Assembly (NCBI GenBank): GCA_027069855.1
Contig: JALXEF010000048.1
Span: forward strand, 504 to 64,503
Source of the DNA: a candidate division WOR-3 bacterium
Lineage (GTDB): Bacteria > Hydrothermota > Hydrothermia > WGAB01
Direction of reading: 5' to 3'
DNA: 64,000 nucleotides
Part shown: positions 29,933 to 39,746 of the stretch, piece after piece
How the letters are laid out: each line of letters opens with the position of its first letter
Position numbering within the stretch: the first letter of the stretch is position 1
Made by a program: the position numbers and the translations under genes
Notes under the pieces: generated by a model
Seen by the model: the letters and a program-made list of their open reading frames with translations, nothing else
What the model was told of the DNA's origin: nothing
The model's database searches: none

Positions 29933-30118
29933 TCACTGGGAAGGCTCTCTGCCCCAGGTCGCCGATTCCCACACCACCCGGTCGGCGGTTTCTTCAGGAG
30001 CCTCCTCCTGTTGCAGTTCCAGGAGCTCCTGGAGAATGGCCAGTACCAGGTCCAGGTTCTCACCCTCCAGGGCCTCCACCAGAAGGTGGATCTTCTCCCG
30101 TTTCTGGGCATCGGTCAT
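29933..30118 (-). CDS. Hypothetical small helical protein (61 aa)
   Basis: ATG at 30118-30116 is ATGA-coupled to the stop of the upstream secreted protein. Acidic, helix-prone sequence (EKIHLLVEALEGENLDLVLAILQELLELQQEE). Confidence 0.4.
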   Translation of the reverse strand: MTDAQKREKIHLLVEALEGENLDLVLAILQELLELQQEEAPEETADRVVWESATWGREPSQ

Positions 30119-31026
30119 CGGACCACCACCTCCAGCATTTCATAACTGGGGCTACCCGTCAGGTAATGCGACTGAAACTTCATGGCGCCGGGCTGGAGGG
30201 GCAGGTACTTTTCAAAGTACCGCCGCAGTTCCTCCAGCCGGGGCTGCATGAGGAAGGTTTCTTTGGCATACAGGTGCACTTCCACCTGCTGGGGGTTGTG
30301 TTCCTTGACATGGTTCAAAAGGGCGGTCAGCACCGGCTCCGCCCCTGAGGAAAGCTCACTCCGACGGGGCTCAAACAAAAGCCCCAGGCTCACCCGCATA
30401 CGGTAATCGGTGCCGGTATCCAGGGCAAAGCCCTGTACCTTGAAGGGGGTGCCCACGAAGGACCGACGGGCTCCGTCCTTGGTTTCCACCACCAGGCGGT
30501 AACTATAGGGCTCCCCGGGCAGGATCCACTGCTGGGTGCCAAACCGACCGTCCCAGGTAACCGCATCCGGGGGCCTGCCGGTGCCCTCCAGGGTGGCCAC
30601 CCGCTCGCCCAGGGAGTTCACGATCTCCACCTTCCAGTGGGCGATGTCCTTGCGACGGATTTTGGGCAGGGGAATCCGAACCTGGCTCTGGATCACATCG
30701 CCTTCCACGGGCATCCGGATGTAGGGGCTATGGGACTTCACCGTCTGGTCAATGGCCCGTTCCACCACCTCCACCGACTGCACGGTGATCAGCCGTTCCT
30801 TGGCCTGGATCACGGAGTCCACCGGAGAAAAGGCGTTGGGGGTGATCTTGAGGGGAGGCTTTTTGGCGTCCTCAATCCGCAGTTCGGCCTTGGCCTTTAC
30901 CTCTTCTACACCGAGCTTCTGGTTGCCACCGGCCTGGCCCGTCGTATCCTGGCCCGCAGTATCCTGGGCCGCCAGAACTCCGAACAAGAACAGCAGCGCG
31001 AAAACTCTGGTCATTTTCATGGTCAA
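30115..31026 (-). CDS. Hypothetical secreted protein in the TonB/ExbBD cluster
   Basis: 303 aa with a signal peptide (MTMKMTRVFALLFLFGVLAAQ). The C-terminal ~90 aa are faintly OmpA/Pal-like, but this is weak. ATGA-coupled to tonB. Confidence 0.6.
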   Translation of the reverse strand: MTMKMTRVFALLFLFGVLAAQDTAGQDTTGQAGGNQKLGVEEVKAKAELRIEDAKKPPLKITPNAFSPVDSVIQAKERLITVQSVEVVERAIDQTVKSHSPYIRMPVEGDVIQSQVRIPLPKIRRKDIAHWKVEIVNSLGERVATLEGTGRPPDAVTWDGRFGTQQWILPGEPYSYRLVVETKDGARRSFVGTPFKVQGFALDTGTDYRMRVSLGLLFEPRRSELSSGAEPVLTALLNHVKEHNPQQVEVHLYAKETFLMQPRLEELRRYFEKYLPLQPGAMKFQSHYLTGSPSYEMLEVVVR

Positions 31027-32045
31027 TACTCCAGCACAAAGCGGAACACGATGGTTCCGGATTGTACCTCCTGCACCACATTGGCCGGCAGGGGGTCAAA
31101 GGACCAGCGAAGGGCGGCCCGCTTGGCCGCATTGTCCAGGTCAGGGTAGCCGCTGGACCGCACGATCACCACACTGGAAGGAATCACATTGCCCTGGGGA
31201 TCTACGGAAAGCCGGATCACCACCTCGCCTTCCCAGCCCATCCGCCGGGCGCGTTCGGGATAAATCGGCAGAACCCGCTTCCGAACCCGCTGGGCAATGT
31301 CACCGTGGATTTCCACCTTCGGAGCCTCTGGCTTGACAGCGGATTGCTCCACCGGCGCCGGAATCCTGGGCTTCTCCTTTTTCACCTGGATCTTGGCGGC
31401 CGCGGCCAGGCCCAGGGTTTCCTGCAGGGTGATGACGCCGCCACCTCCTCCGACGCCTCCACCCCCACCGAGGCCGATGCCACCGCCCTCGCCCAGGCCT
31501 CCGCCGCCGCTCTGCAGGTTGATGGTGGGTACCGGGGCCTCCTCCAGAATTTCCTCGGTGGACTTCTGTTTGCCGCTCACCCCGAGCACCACATCCACGG
31601 CCTCGCCCGGCAAACTGGGCTCCAGGTTCTCCACATCAATGGGGGCCTGGGTTTCCGCCAGTTCGGTTACCTTCTGGATGTCAATCTTCTCCACCGGCAC
31701 CTCCTGCTCCGGGATCAGGGCCTTTTTGTTCAGGGCCACCTTGATCTCCGGCTCTTCCAGGAGTTTGGGCTTTTGCACATTCTCCAGATTGATCCGCTTC
31801 TCCTCCAGGGGCTTGTTCTCCGGCCCCTTGGGCTTGGAGCGCTCCACCAATTTGCGGAGTTTGGGGGGCTTCTTGGGGTTCTTCTTGACCTCTTCCTCCA
31901 GGTACTGAATTTCCCGGAGGTTCGGGCGCGACAGCCGCTCGGGCAGCGGGCTGGTGACGAAAAAGCCAAAACTCAGGTGCACCAGCAGGGAAATCACTAG
32001 GCCGATGAGCAGATGGCGTTTTTCAGGAGGCAGATTGCTCCACAT
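31023..32045 (-). CDS. TonB-family energy transducer (TonB/TolA-like) with Gly-rich linker
   Basis: 340 aa. N-terminal TM anchor, a Lys/Pro/Glu-rich region, a Gly run (GGGGLGEGGGIGLGGGGGVGGGGG), then the TonB C-terminal domain (YPERARRMGWEGEVVIRLSVDPQGNV). Confidence 0.8.
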   Translation of the reverse strand: MWSNLPPEKRHLLIGLVISLLVHLSFGFFVTSPLPERLSRPNLREIQYLEEEVKKNPKKPPKLRKLVERSKPKGPENKPLEEKRINLENVQKPKLLEEPEIKVALNKKALIPEQEVPVEKIDIQKVTELAETQAPIDVENLEPSLPGEAVDVVLGVSGKQKSTEEILEEAPVPTINLQSGGGGLGEGGGIGLGGGGGVGGGGGVITLQETLGLAAAAKIQVKKEKPRIPAPVEQSAVKPEAPKVEIHGDIAQRVRKRVLPIYPERARRMGWEGEVVIRLSVDPQGNVIPSSVVIVRSSGYPDLDNAAKRAALRWSFDPLPANVVQEVQSGTIVFRFVLEY

Positions 32046-32563
32046 CAGGGTTGCTTCTCCTTCTCCCGAATGACCGCAAAGGCCACCCTTTGAGACTTGG
32101 CCTTCTTGGCGGCGTCCAGAGCCTTGAGCACGGTGCCGAAGGGCAAACTCTTGTCCGCACGGATGAGCACCAGCTTGGTGTACCAGAAGCTCGTATCCGG
32201 ATCCTGCCGATGGGCCCGCTCAATCACCCGATCCAGGGTGTCAAAGGTCACCTCCTGGTCGTTCACATACACCCGGGAGTCCTTGGTGATGGTCACGGCG
32301 ATGTTCTCTTCCAGTTCGGTTTCAATGCGGGTGGAACGGGGCACATCCACCTGGATCTTGGACTTGGAAAAGAGGTCCCGGGCCATGGCTACCAGCATCA
32401 ACAGGATCAGGAAGGAAACACCGGCCATGGGGAAGAGTTTGCCGCCGATGTCGATTTCCTCTTCGGAAACCATCCGCTCGATGCGGGGGCGGCGAAACCG
32501 AACCCGCCGGCGCTTCTCCGGCTCCTCAGGGGGCTGTTGCTGGACCTTGGGTTCCTCTGCCAT
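32045..32563 (-). CDS. exbD: Biopolymer transport protein ExbD/TolR (first copy, with a charged N-terminal extension)
   Basis: 172 aa. TM helix and the ExbD periplasmic domain (ITKDSRVYVNDQEVTFDTLDRVI...LIRADKSLPFGTVLKALDAAKKA). Confidence 0.8.
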   Translation of the reverse strand: MAEEPKVQQQPPEEPEKRRRVRFRRPRIERMVSEEEIDIGGKLFPMAGVSFLILLMLVAMARDLFSKSKIQVDVPRSTRIETELEENIAVTITKDSRVYVNDQEVTFDTLDRVIERAHRQDPDTSFWYTKLVLIRADKSLPFGTVLKALDAAKKAKSQRVAFAVIREKEKQP

Positions 32564-32565
32564 GG

Positions 32566-32991
32566 CTACGATTCCTTGCGTTTCAGGATCAGCACATCCT
32601 CGGCACCCAGGCTCTTCACCAGGTCAATCATCTTGATGACATCGTCGTAGATCACCTCGTTATCGGCCGAGAGGAGCACATTGCGGCTGATGCTGCGGGC
32701 CAGCAACTGGGGCAAAAGTTCCTTGAGTTGCTCCACGGTCACGGGTTCCTTGTTCAGGAAGATGGTACCGTCAGACCGCAGATAGAGGTTGACCTTGATG
32801 TCCTGTTTTTTGGCCTGCACCTTTTGGGCTGCCTTCCCCTTGGCCACGGCCGCCTTGGACACGAACAGGCCCGACTCGATGAGGAAGGGAATGGCCAGCA
32901 CGAACATCACCAGGAGCGACAGGGAGATGTCCACCATCGGCCCCAGGTTGATGTACGGCGGCTTGAGTTCAGCCCACCGGCGTCTTCTCAT
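32566..32991 (-). CDS. exbD: Biopolymer transport protein ExbD/TolR (second copy)
   Basis: 141 aa. INLGPMVDISLSLLVMFVLA followed by the ExbD periplasmic domain. Confidence 0.85.
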   Translation of the reverse strand: MRRRRWAELKPPYINLGPMVDISLSLLVMFVLAIPFLIESGLFVSKAAVAKGKAAQKVQAKKQDIKVNLYLRSDGTIFLNKEPVTVEQLKELLPQLLARSISRNVLLSADNEVIYDDVIKMIDLVKSLGAEDVLILKRKES

Positions 32992-33620
32992 TTCTTCCGA
33001 ACACCTGCCTTGTAGGAAATGATGAGGAGATCCCGGATCACCGCATCGGTTTTTGCCGAGATCTCCCCGGCCTTCCGGGCAAAGTAGTTATGGGCAATCA
33101 GCGTGGGGATTGCAATAAACAGCCCCACCATGGTGGTCAACAGGGCGATGGAGATCCCATGGCCCACCACCTCCGGTCCCCCCGAGCCGGTGATGGCGAT
33201 CTGGTGGAACGCGTCAATCAGGCCGGTGACCGTACCGTACAGGCCCAGGAGCGGCGACACGGCGGCCACCGTGGCCAGGCCGTTCAGGTACTTGGTGAGC
33301 TTTTCCCGTTCGCGGAGGATCTGGGCGTCCACCAGGCCCATCAACAGGTCCTCGCTCAGATCAAAGTTGTCCACGAACACCCGGAGCACGCGGTGGAACG
33401 GGGTATCTTTGGAGTAGGCCACCTGCCGAAGTCCGTCCAGGTCGCCCTTTTCCATCAGGTGATGGAGGGAATCCACGAGCTTGTCGATGTTGACCCGGTT
33501 CTTGAGGTAGTACCACAGGCGTTCAATGAAGAGCGCGAACCCGATAATGGAGGTGAGGGCCAGCAGCTGCATCTCGTACGAGCTCTTGGTCTTCAGGATG
33601 ATTTCCCTAAAGATCCACAT
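32988..33620 (-). CDS. exbB: MotA/TolQ/ExbB proton-channel protein
   Basis: 210 aa, 3 TM helices, conserved C-terminal region (GLIDAFHQIA...GISIALLTTMVGLFIAIP). Confidence 0.85.
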   Translation of the reverse strand: MWIFREIILKTKSSYEMQLLALTSIIGFALFIERLWYYLKNRVNIDKLVDSLHHLMEKGDLDGLRQVAYSKDTPFHRVLRVFVDNFDLSEDLLMGLVDAQILREREKLTKYLNGLATVAAVSPLLGLYGTVTGLIDAFHQIAITGSGGPEVVGHGISIALLTTMVGLFIAIPTLIAHNYFARKAGEISAKTDAVIRDLLIISYKAGVRKK

Positions 33621-33626
33621 TGCTCT

Positions 33627-36224
33627 TTATCCTCCTTGTCCTTGTTGGCCTTGAGAGGCTCCCGAAAGGGAGCGGATTTTCTGTTCCAGTTGTTGCTTGA
33701 TGGCGGGGTCCGGGGCCAGCTTGTAGGCGTACTGATAAAACTGGATCGCCTGGTCGGCCTGGCCCTTCCTCGCCATCTCGTCGCCGGCCAGTGTGTAGTA
33801 CTGTACGGCCTTCTTCAACTCGCCCAGCTCCTCATAGGCCGAGGCGATAAAGGTAATGGCCTTGTCGCGGAAGGGGCCTTCCTTTTCCGAAAGTGGCTGG
33901 AGCACCGCAATGGCGTCCCGGTACTGCTGGGCTTTGAAGTACGCCAGACCCAGGAAGTAGGCCGCGGTGTCGGCGCCGGGCCGATCGCCGAAGAAGGAGA
34001 GGTACTTCTTCAGAGGCACGATGGCGTCCGGGTACTTCTTCAGTTTGTAAAGGATCTGGCCTGCCACCAGCAGGGCCACCGGGGCCTTGTCGTTCTTGGG
34101 ATGATTCACCGCAAAGGTCAGGAAGGCGTTGGCCGCCTCCTCCTGCTGCCCGGCCTGGAATAGATCCACGGCCCGGGCGTACTCGGCCTCCGCCGCCAGT
34201 TCCGAGGTGGGAAACTTATTCAGGAACTCCTGCAGGGCCTGCGGATCTTCTTCAGAAAGCCGGTAATAGGCGTACTGCATGAGTTCCTTGGCCTGGGAGG
34301 CCAGGTCGCTTTCGGGATACAGGCTCAGGAATTTCTCAAACTCCTCAATGGCCTTGCGGTACTGGTGCAGGTTGTAGTAGTTCTGGGCCAGCATGTACTG
34401 GGCCTGGGCAGCCAGGTGATGCCCGGGGAAGTGCTCCAGCAACCAGGTTAGGAGGGTGTTGGACTTGTCGTACTTGCCGGCCCGACGGTAAATGTCGGCC
34501 GCCCGATAGGCGGCGTCGGCCGCCCGGGGATGATCCGGGTAGGTGGACACCACCTTTTCCCAGGCCACCAGGGCGTCGCCGTAGCTCCGCAGGGCACTGG
34601 CCGCCAGGCCCTGGAAGTACAGGAGATCCGGCAGCACATCGTGGGCCTCGGGGAAGGTTTTGACCACCGCCGCAAAGTCGGCGTAGGCGTCCCGGTACTT
34701 GCCCTCGTTGAACTTGGCCACGCCCATGCCGTAGTAGGCGGCAATGATGAGGTTCGTGTCGCTGGCAGCGGCCCCGAGGGTGGCCATAGCGTTGAGGAGG
34801 GCGATGGCCTCCTCGTTACGGTTCTCGTGGACATAACACCAGCCCAGGCCCACATTGGCCCGGGTGATCAGCAAACGCTCCTGGGCGTTCTGCGAAACCT
34901 GGGTATACAACCCCTCGGCAATGGAGTAGTTGTCCTGGTAGTAGTTGGCTTCGGCGAGCTCCAGGCGGAACCAGTCGCCCCAGCGGCTGGTGGCCCCTTC
35001 AAACTCCGAGCGCATCAGGTTGCCAAAGGTCAGGGCCCGATCCCACTCGCCGTTGCGGGCCATGGCCACCAGGGCCATGGTGACTGCCGGCAGGGAGAAG
35101 GGCGAGTTGGTGTAGCGCTCCACCAGGTCCTGGAACCGGAAGGCGGCGTCCTGATAGTTGCCGGTCTGGAAGGAAATGGCCCCATACACATAGTCGCCGA
35201 TGCCGTTGAGGTCTTCCAGGATAAAGAGCTTCTGCAGTTGCTGGGCCGTCAGGTAGGCCTGGTCCAGGTTCCCCATGCGCAGGAACACCTCGGCCAGGCG
35301 GATGAAGGTGATGGCCGAGATCAGCACATTGTCGGCGTTGGCCCGGGCCATCTGGTAATAGGTCAACGCCTCCTCCGGCTTGTTGAGTTCCAGTTTGATG
35401 TTGCCGGCAAAATAGGCCGCATAGGGGGCAAACTCAAAGTTCTTTCGGTTCAGCAGATCGGTGAAGTTCTCCAGCGCCTTGGTGTAATCCCTCAAGTAGT
35501 AGTAGGCGAGGCCCAGGTAGAGCTGCACATGGTCGCGGAGGGGATAGTTGGCCGGGTGGGTTTCCAGGAAGCTGGTGGCTTCGTTCACCACCCCCTTGTA
35601 GTCGCCGGAGTTGAAAAGGGTTTCAATGAGCCCGTAGATCACCAGAAAGTCCAGCTGGGTGCCCTGGAACTCCGGATAGAGCTCCTTGTAAAGTGCCAGG
35701 GCATCCAGAGGGTGCCCTGTGAGGTTGTAAATGCGGGCGAGCAGCACCTTGGCCAGGGGGTCCTCAATGCCCTGGAGTTTTTCCAGGGCCTCCTCCAGTT
35801 TGTTCATCCGATAATAGAGCAAGCCCTGGCCCAACCGCACCCGGGGCGTGCCCCGGTAATTGGGGTTCTGCTCCAGGGCGAGGAAGGTGGATTCGGCCCG
35901 CTGGAGATCCCCCTTCAACAGGGTAGCAAACCCCAGGAGCAACTGAACTTCAGGCTCCAGGTAGGTTCCCTGTACCCTGGCGAGGAGCTTCGGGGCCTCG
36001 CGGATGACCCGCTCGTAGTTTCCCTGATTGAGTTCACATTCCAGAACTCGGAAAGCCATCTCGTTCCGGTATTCAGGGAGCTTCTTTTCCAGGTTCCGAT
36101 AGATCTTCTCCGCTTCGCCGTACTTTCCCTGCTGGAAGTACGCCTCAGCCTTTTGGAAGTCCGGGCTCCAGTTTCCTCCAACCAAGAGAAAAACAAGGAT
36201 CGGGATCATCGTGCTCATGATCAC
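33627..36224 (-). CDS. Large tetratricopeptide-repeat (TPR) protein, secreted/periplasmic
   Basis: 865 aa. N-terminal hydrophobic segment, then more than 15 TPR-like units (recurring A..Y..G.Y..A...F). First gene upstream of exbB in the same run. Confidence 0.8.
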   Translation of the reverse strand: MIMSTMIPILVFLLVGGNWSPDFQKAEAYFQQGKYGEAEKIYRNLEKKLPEYRNEMAFRVLECELNQGNYERVIREAPKLLARVQGTYLEPEVQLLLGFATLLKGDLQRAESTFLALEQNPNYRGTPRVRLGQGLLYYRMNKLEEALEKLQGIEDPLAKVLLARIYNLTGHPLDALALYKELYPEFQGTQLDFLVIYGLIETLFNSGDYKGVVNEATSFLETHPANYPLRDHVQLYLGLAYYYLRDYTKALENFTDLLNRKNFEFAPYAAYFAGNIKLELNKPEEALTYYQMARANADNVLISAITFIRLAEVFLRMGNLDQAYLTAQQLQKLFILEDLNGIGDYVYGAISFQTGNYQDAAFRFQDLVERYTNSPFSLPAVTMALVAMARNGEWDRALTFGNLMRSEFEGATSRWGDWFRLELAEANYYQDNYSIAEGLYTQVSQNAQERLLITRANVGLGWCYVHENRNEEAIALLNAMATLGAAASDTNLIIAAYYGMGVAKFNEGKYRDAYADFAAVVKTFPEAHDVLPDLLYFQGLAASALRSYGDALVAWEKVVSTYPDHPRAADAAYRAADIYRRAGKYDKSNTLLTWLLEHFPGHHLAAQAQYMLAQNYYNLHQYRKAIEEFEKFLSLYPESDLASQAKELMQYAYYRLSEEDPQALQEFLNKFPTSELAAEAEYARAVDLFQAGQQEEAANAFLTFAVNHPKNDKAPVALLVAGQILYKLKKYPDAIVPLKKYLSFFGDRPGADTAAYFLGLAYFKAQQYRDAIAVLQPLSEKEGPFRDKAITFIASAYEELGELKKAVQYYTLAGDEMARKGQADQAIQFYQYAYKLAPDPAIKQQLEQKIRSLSGASQGQQGQGG

Positions 36225-37126
36225 CTATTATATGGGGCTTTTTTGGTGTCCGGCTCGGCCCAGCCGAGTTTCCTCCGAAGCACATCATAGAAGCCGGGAA
36301 CGCCGGGCAACCGCACCATCTTTACAGTTTCGCTTCCCCGTTTTACCTGCACTTCCTCGTCGGAGGCCAGTTCGGTTTGCTCCTGGCCGTCCGCCGAGAG
36401 CAGAATGCCCACGCCGCGGCCCCGGGCCCGTACCCGCACCTGCCCTGAAGCCGGCAGAATCACAGGGCGCACGGAGAGGGTGTGGGCACAGATCGGGGTG
36501 ACCAGCATCACCTCCAGTTCCGGGTACACGATGGGGCCGCCTGCTGCCAGATTGTAAGCGGTGGAGCCGGTAGGGGTGGAGATGATGACGCCGTCGGCCT
36601 TGTATTCGCCCAAAAACTCCTGGTTGTACCACACCCGGATGTGGACCAGTCGGGCCGCGCCGGTGGCCGTGATCACCATGTCGTTCAGGGCGGTGAACAC
36701 CCGGCCCCGGTGTTCCACCTCCAGGGTCATCCGGGGTTCCAGGGTGTAGTCGCCCTGCCGCAGCGCCTCCACGATCCGGGGGATTTCCTGGGGCGTGTAA
36801 ACGGTCAGGAACCCCAGCCCTCCCAGGTTGATGCCCAGGACCGGTTTCCCCTGGGCCAGGCGGGCCGCCCGCAGGAAGGTGCCGTCGCCGCCGAGGGCCA
36901 GGATCACATCGGCCTCCTGGGCCAGCGCCTCGTCGGGTACCACCCGGTCCACACCGGGGTGCGCGAGTTCCTGGTCCGTGGCGGTCAAAAGAAGCGGTGC
37001 GGGCGCCCGCTTTCGGAGTTCCTCCAGGGTCGCCCGCACCTGCGGACGTTTCACATTCAGCACCACCCCGATGTGCTGCAGCGGGGGGCTCAGGCTTTGG
37101 GTTTGCGTCGTTTCAGGCCCTCCCAT
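36221..37126 (-). CDS. nadK: NAD(+) kinase
   Basis: GGDGTFL and NDMV...[23 protein letters not shown] motifs. The start is uncertain: the ORF-track ATG overlaps secF by 37 nt and the conserved core begins near HIGVVLN. Confidence 0.85.
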   Translation of the reverse strand: MGGPETTQTQSLSPPLQHIGVVLNVKRPQVRATLEELRKRAPAPLLLTATDQELAHPGVDRVVPDEALAQEADVILALGGDGTFLRAARLAQGKPVLGINLGGLGFLTVYTPQEIPRIVEALRQGDYTLEPRMTLEVEHRGRVFTALNDMVITATGAARLVHIRVWYNQEFLGEYKADGVIISTPTGSTAYNLAAGGPIVYPELEVMLVTPICAHTLSVRPVILPASGQVRVRARGRGVGILLSADGQEQTELASDEEVQVKRGSETVKMVRLPGVPGFYDVLRRKLGWAEPDTKKAPYNR

Positions 37127-37989
37127 TCCACCACCAAACTGGCCACCACAAAGATGGACGAATAGGTTCCCACCACCACGCCGATGGTAAGGGCCAGGGC
37201 AAAGTCAAAGATCACCGGGCCGCCGAACACCAGCAGGGCGATCAGCACCAGCAGCGTGGTCAGCGAGGTGATCACCGTCCGCGACAGGGTTTCGTTGATG
37301 CTCCGGTTGAAGATCTCGATCAGCCGTTCTATGGGCGTCTTCGGCGTAATGCGCTTGCTGTTTTCCCGGATCCGGTCCGACACCACAATGGAGTCGTTGA
37401 TAGAGTACCCCACGATGGTCAAAAGGGCCGCCACGATGGCCGAGGTCACCTCCCGGTTCAGCAGAGTGAAGATCCCCAGGGTGATGAGCACATCGTGAAA
37501 CAGGGCCAGCACCGCCCCCACCCCGAACTCAAAGTTGAAGCGGATGGTAATGTAGATCAGCATCAGCAGAAGGCCGATGCTGACGGCCCAGATGGCCTGA
37601 CGCTTGATCTCTTCGCCGATACGCGGCCCCACCTTTTCGGTCCGGTCGATCCGCACCTGAACCTGGTACTTCTCCTCCAGGGCCTTCTGGATCACCGAGG
37701 GGTCCACATCCTCCTTGTACTTGATCAGGTATTCGTTGGCCTCGCCGAAGTTCTGCACCTCGGCCCCGCTGATCCCCAGGCTGGCCACCACACCACGGAT
37801 CTTGGCGATGTCCAGGTGGGGCTCCACATGGATCTGCACCAGGTTGCCGCCCGTGAAGTCAATGCCGTATCGGGGTCCACCGTGAAGGAACAGCACCACG
37901 AGGCTCAGCAGAATCACCACTCCGGAGAGGGCGAAGGCCCAGCGACGCTTCCCCATGAAGTCAATGTTCGGTTGCTTAAAGAATTCCAT
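37090..37989 (-). CDS. secF: Protein translocase subunit SecF
   Basis: 299 aa. GIDFTGG N-terminal motif and 6 TM helices. Confidence 0.9.
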   Translation of the reverse strand: MEFFKQPNIDFMGKRRWAFALSGVVILLSLVVLFLHGGPRYGIDFTGGNLVQIHVEPHLDIAKIRGVVASLGISGAEVQNFGEANEYLIKYKEDVDPSVIQKALEEKYQVQVRIDRTEKVGPRIGEEIKRQAIWAVSIGLLLMLIYITIRFNFEFGVGAVLALFHDVLITLGIFTLLNREVTSAIVAALLTIVGYSINDSIVVSDRIRENSKRITPKTPIERLIEIFNRSINETLSRTVITSLTTLLVLIALLVFGGPVIFDFALALTIGVVVGTYSSIFVVASLVVEWEGLKRRKPKA

Positions 37990-38000
37990 GGCTTTTCTCC

Positions 38001-39584
38001 TCAGATCTTGATCCGCTCTGCATGTTTGACGCCGATGAGGTAATCAAAGATCACGCGGGTGACGAAGATAGCCGTGAAGAAGCTCACCACGATGCCCAGG
38101 GACAGCACCACGGCAAAGCCCCGGATCGGGCCGGAACCGTAGCGCAGCAGCACGAGCGCTGCGATCAGGGTGGTGAGGTTGGCATCCAGGATGGTGATGG
38201 TGGCCCGCTTATAGCCGGTATCCACGGCCACCCGTAGAGACTTTCCAGCCCTGAGTTCCTCGCGGATGCGTTCAAAGATCAGCACATTGGCGTCCACGGC
38301 GATCCCCACGGTCAGGATCAGACCGGCCATGCCGGGCAGGGTCAGGGTGGCGTGAAAGCCCACAAGAAGCGCCAGGATGAACAGGAGGTTGAGGAACAGG
38401 GCCAGATCGGCGATCCAGCCCGCCGTGCGGTAGTACAGCGCCATGAAGAACACCACCGCCAGGAACCCGATGACAAGGGCCCGCATGCCCCGGCGGATGC
38501 TGTCGCTTCCGAGGAGTGGCCCCACGGACCGTTCCTCCAGCACCCGCACCGGCGCCGGCAGCGCACCAGCCCGCAGCACCACCGCCAGTTCCTTGGCCTC
38601 CTCCATGCTGGTGATGCCGGTGATCTGGGCGCTGCCGCCGGAAATCCGCTCCTGGATCACCGGGGCCGATTGCACCACATTGTCCAGCACAATGGCCAGC
38701 CGTTTGCCCACATTCTCGCCGGTGATCCGGGCGAACCGGGCGGCGCCCTGGCGGTCAAAGTACAGCAGCACAATGGGCCGGTTCGCAATGTTGGGGTCGG
38801 TGCCGCTGCCGATGGTATGTTTGGCGTCCTTTACATGGGCCCCCGTAAGTTCGGGTTCGGCCTTAAGTAAAAACAGGTGCCGGTACTTCCGGCCCTGGAA
38901 CTCAAAGGTTTTGCCCCAGTAGAACCGATACCCCGAGGGGATCGCCTTCTGCACCTCGGGCAGGGCCAGCAGCGAATCCACCCGGCGCCAGTTGTCCTCC
39001 ACCACCACGATGCTCCCGCTGCGGGGATCAATGTTCAGGAGCGAGGAGAAGGGCCGCACTCGGGCCAGGGAGTCCTCCGGGCTCAACAGGCCGGTATCGG
39101 CCACGGAACCCTTGCGGAGGGCCTCATCAATCCGCTCCAGGGCATCGGCCACGATCCGATCGTCGGCCACCAGATGGAACTCCAGTTGAGCCGTACGGCC
39201 GATGAGGGAGTGGGCCCGTTCCCGGTCCAGCACCCCGGGCAACTGCACGAGGATGCGGCCCTCGCCCACCTTCTGGATGGAGGGTTCAAACACCCCCCAC
39301 TGGTCAATCCGGTTCCGGATCACTTCAATGGCACGGTCTACGGCTCCCTCTACCTCTTCCGGTTTCAGTTTGGAGCGGTCCACCTCCAGCAGGATGTACA
39401 TTCCGCCCTGCAGGTCCAGCCCCAGGTTGATGCTCTTTTTCTTGAGGTTCAGCAATTCAGACCGGGGGAGTTGTGCCCGCTCCTCCGGGGACAGGGTGTA
39501 ATAACGGAAGGTTGGGTAAAGGGACCACAGGGCAAGCAACACCAGGCCGAGGATCAACACAATTTTCCACTTCAGCCCCTTCAA
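38001..39584 (-). CDS. secD: Protein translocase subunit SecD
   Basis: 527 aa. LGLDLQGG motif, large periplasmic domain, C-terminal 6-TM bundle. Confidence 0.9.
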   Translation of the reverse strand: MKGLKWKIVLILGLVLLALWSLYPTFRYYTLSPEERAQLPRSELLNLKKKSINLGLDLQGGMYILLEVDRSKLKPEEVEGAVDRAIEVIRNRIDQWGVFEPSIQKVGEGRILVQLPGVLDRERAHSLIGRTAQLEFHLVADDRIVADALERIDEALRKGSVADTGLLSPEDSLARVRPFSSLLNIDPRSGSIVVVEDNWRRVDSLLALPEVQKAIPSGYRFYWGKTFEFQGRKYRHLFLLKAEPELTGAHVKDAKHTIGSGTDPNIANRPIVLLYFDRQGAARFARITGENVGKRLAIVLDNVVQSAPVIQERISGGSAQITGITSMEEAKELAVVLRAGALPAPVRVLEERSVGPLLGSDSIRRGMRALVIGFLAVVFFMALYYRTAGWIADLALFLNLLFILALLVGFHATLTLPGMAGLILTVGIAVDANVLIFERIREELRAGKSLRVAVDTGYKRATITILDANLTTLIAALVLLRYGSGPIRGFAVVLSLGIVVSFFTAIFVTRVIFDYLIGVKHAERIKI

Positions 39585-39746
39585 GAGTCATGCCTCCTTG
39601 TTCGGCTTGAACCTCCGGTTCGCGAGGATCGTTGAAGGTGCCTATTATACGCCCCAGCCCGCAACCTTCTAAGGCACACATTGCATCGGAGAAGCCCATG
39701 ACGTACCATAAGGGGCAACGCAACAACCATCGGAGGTGAGTTTCGG

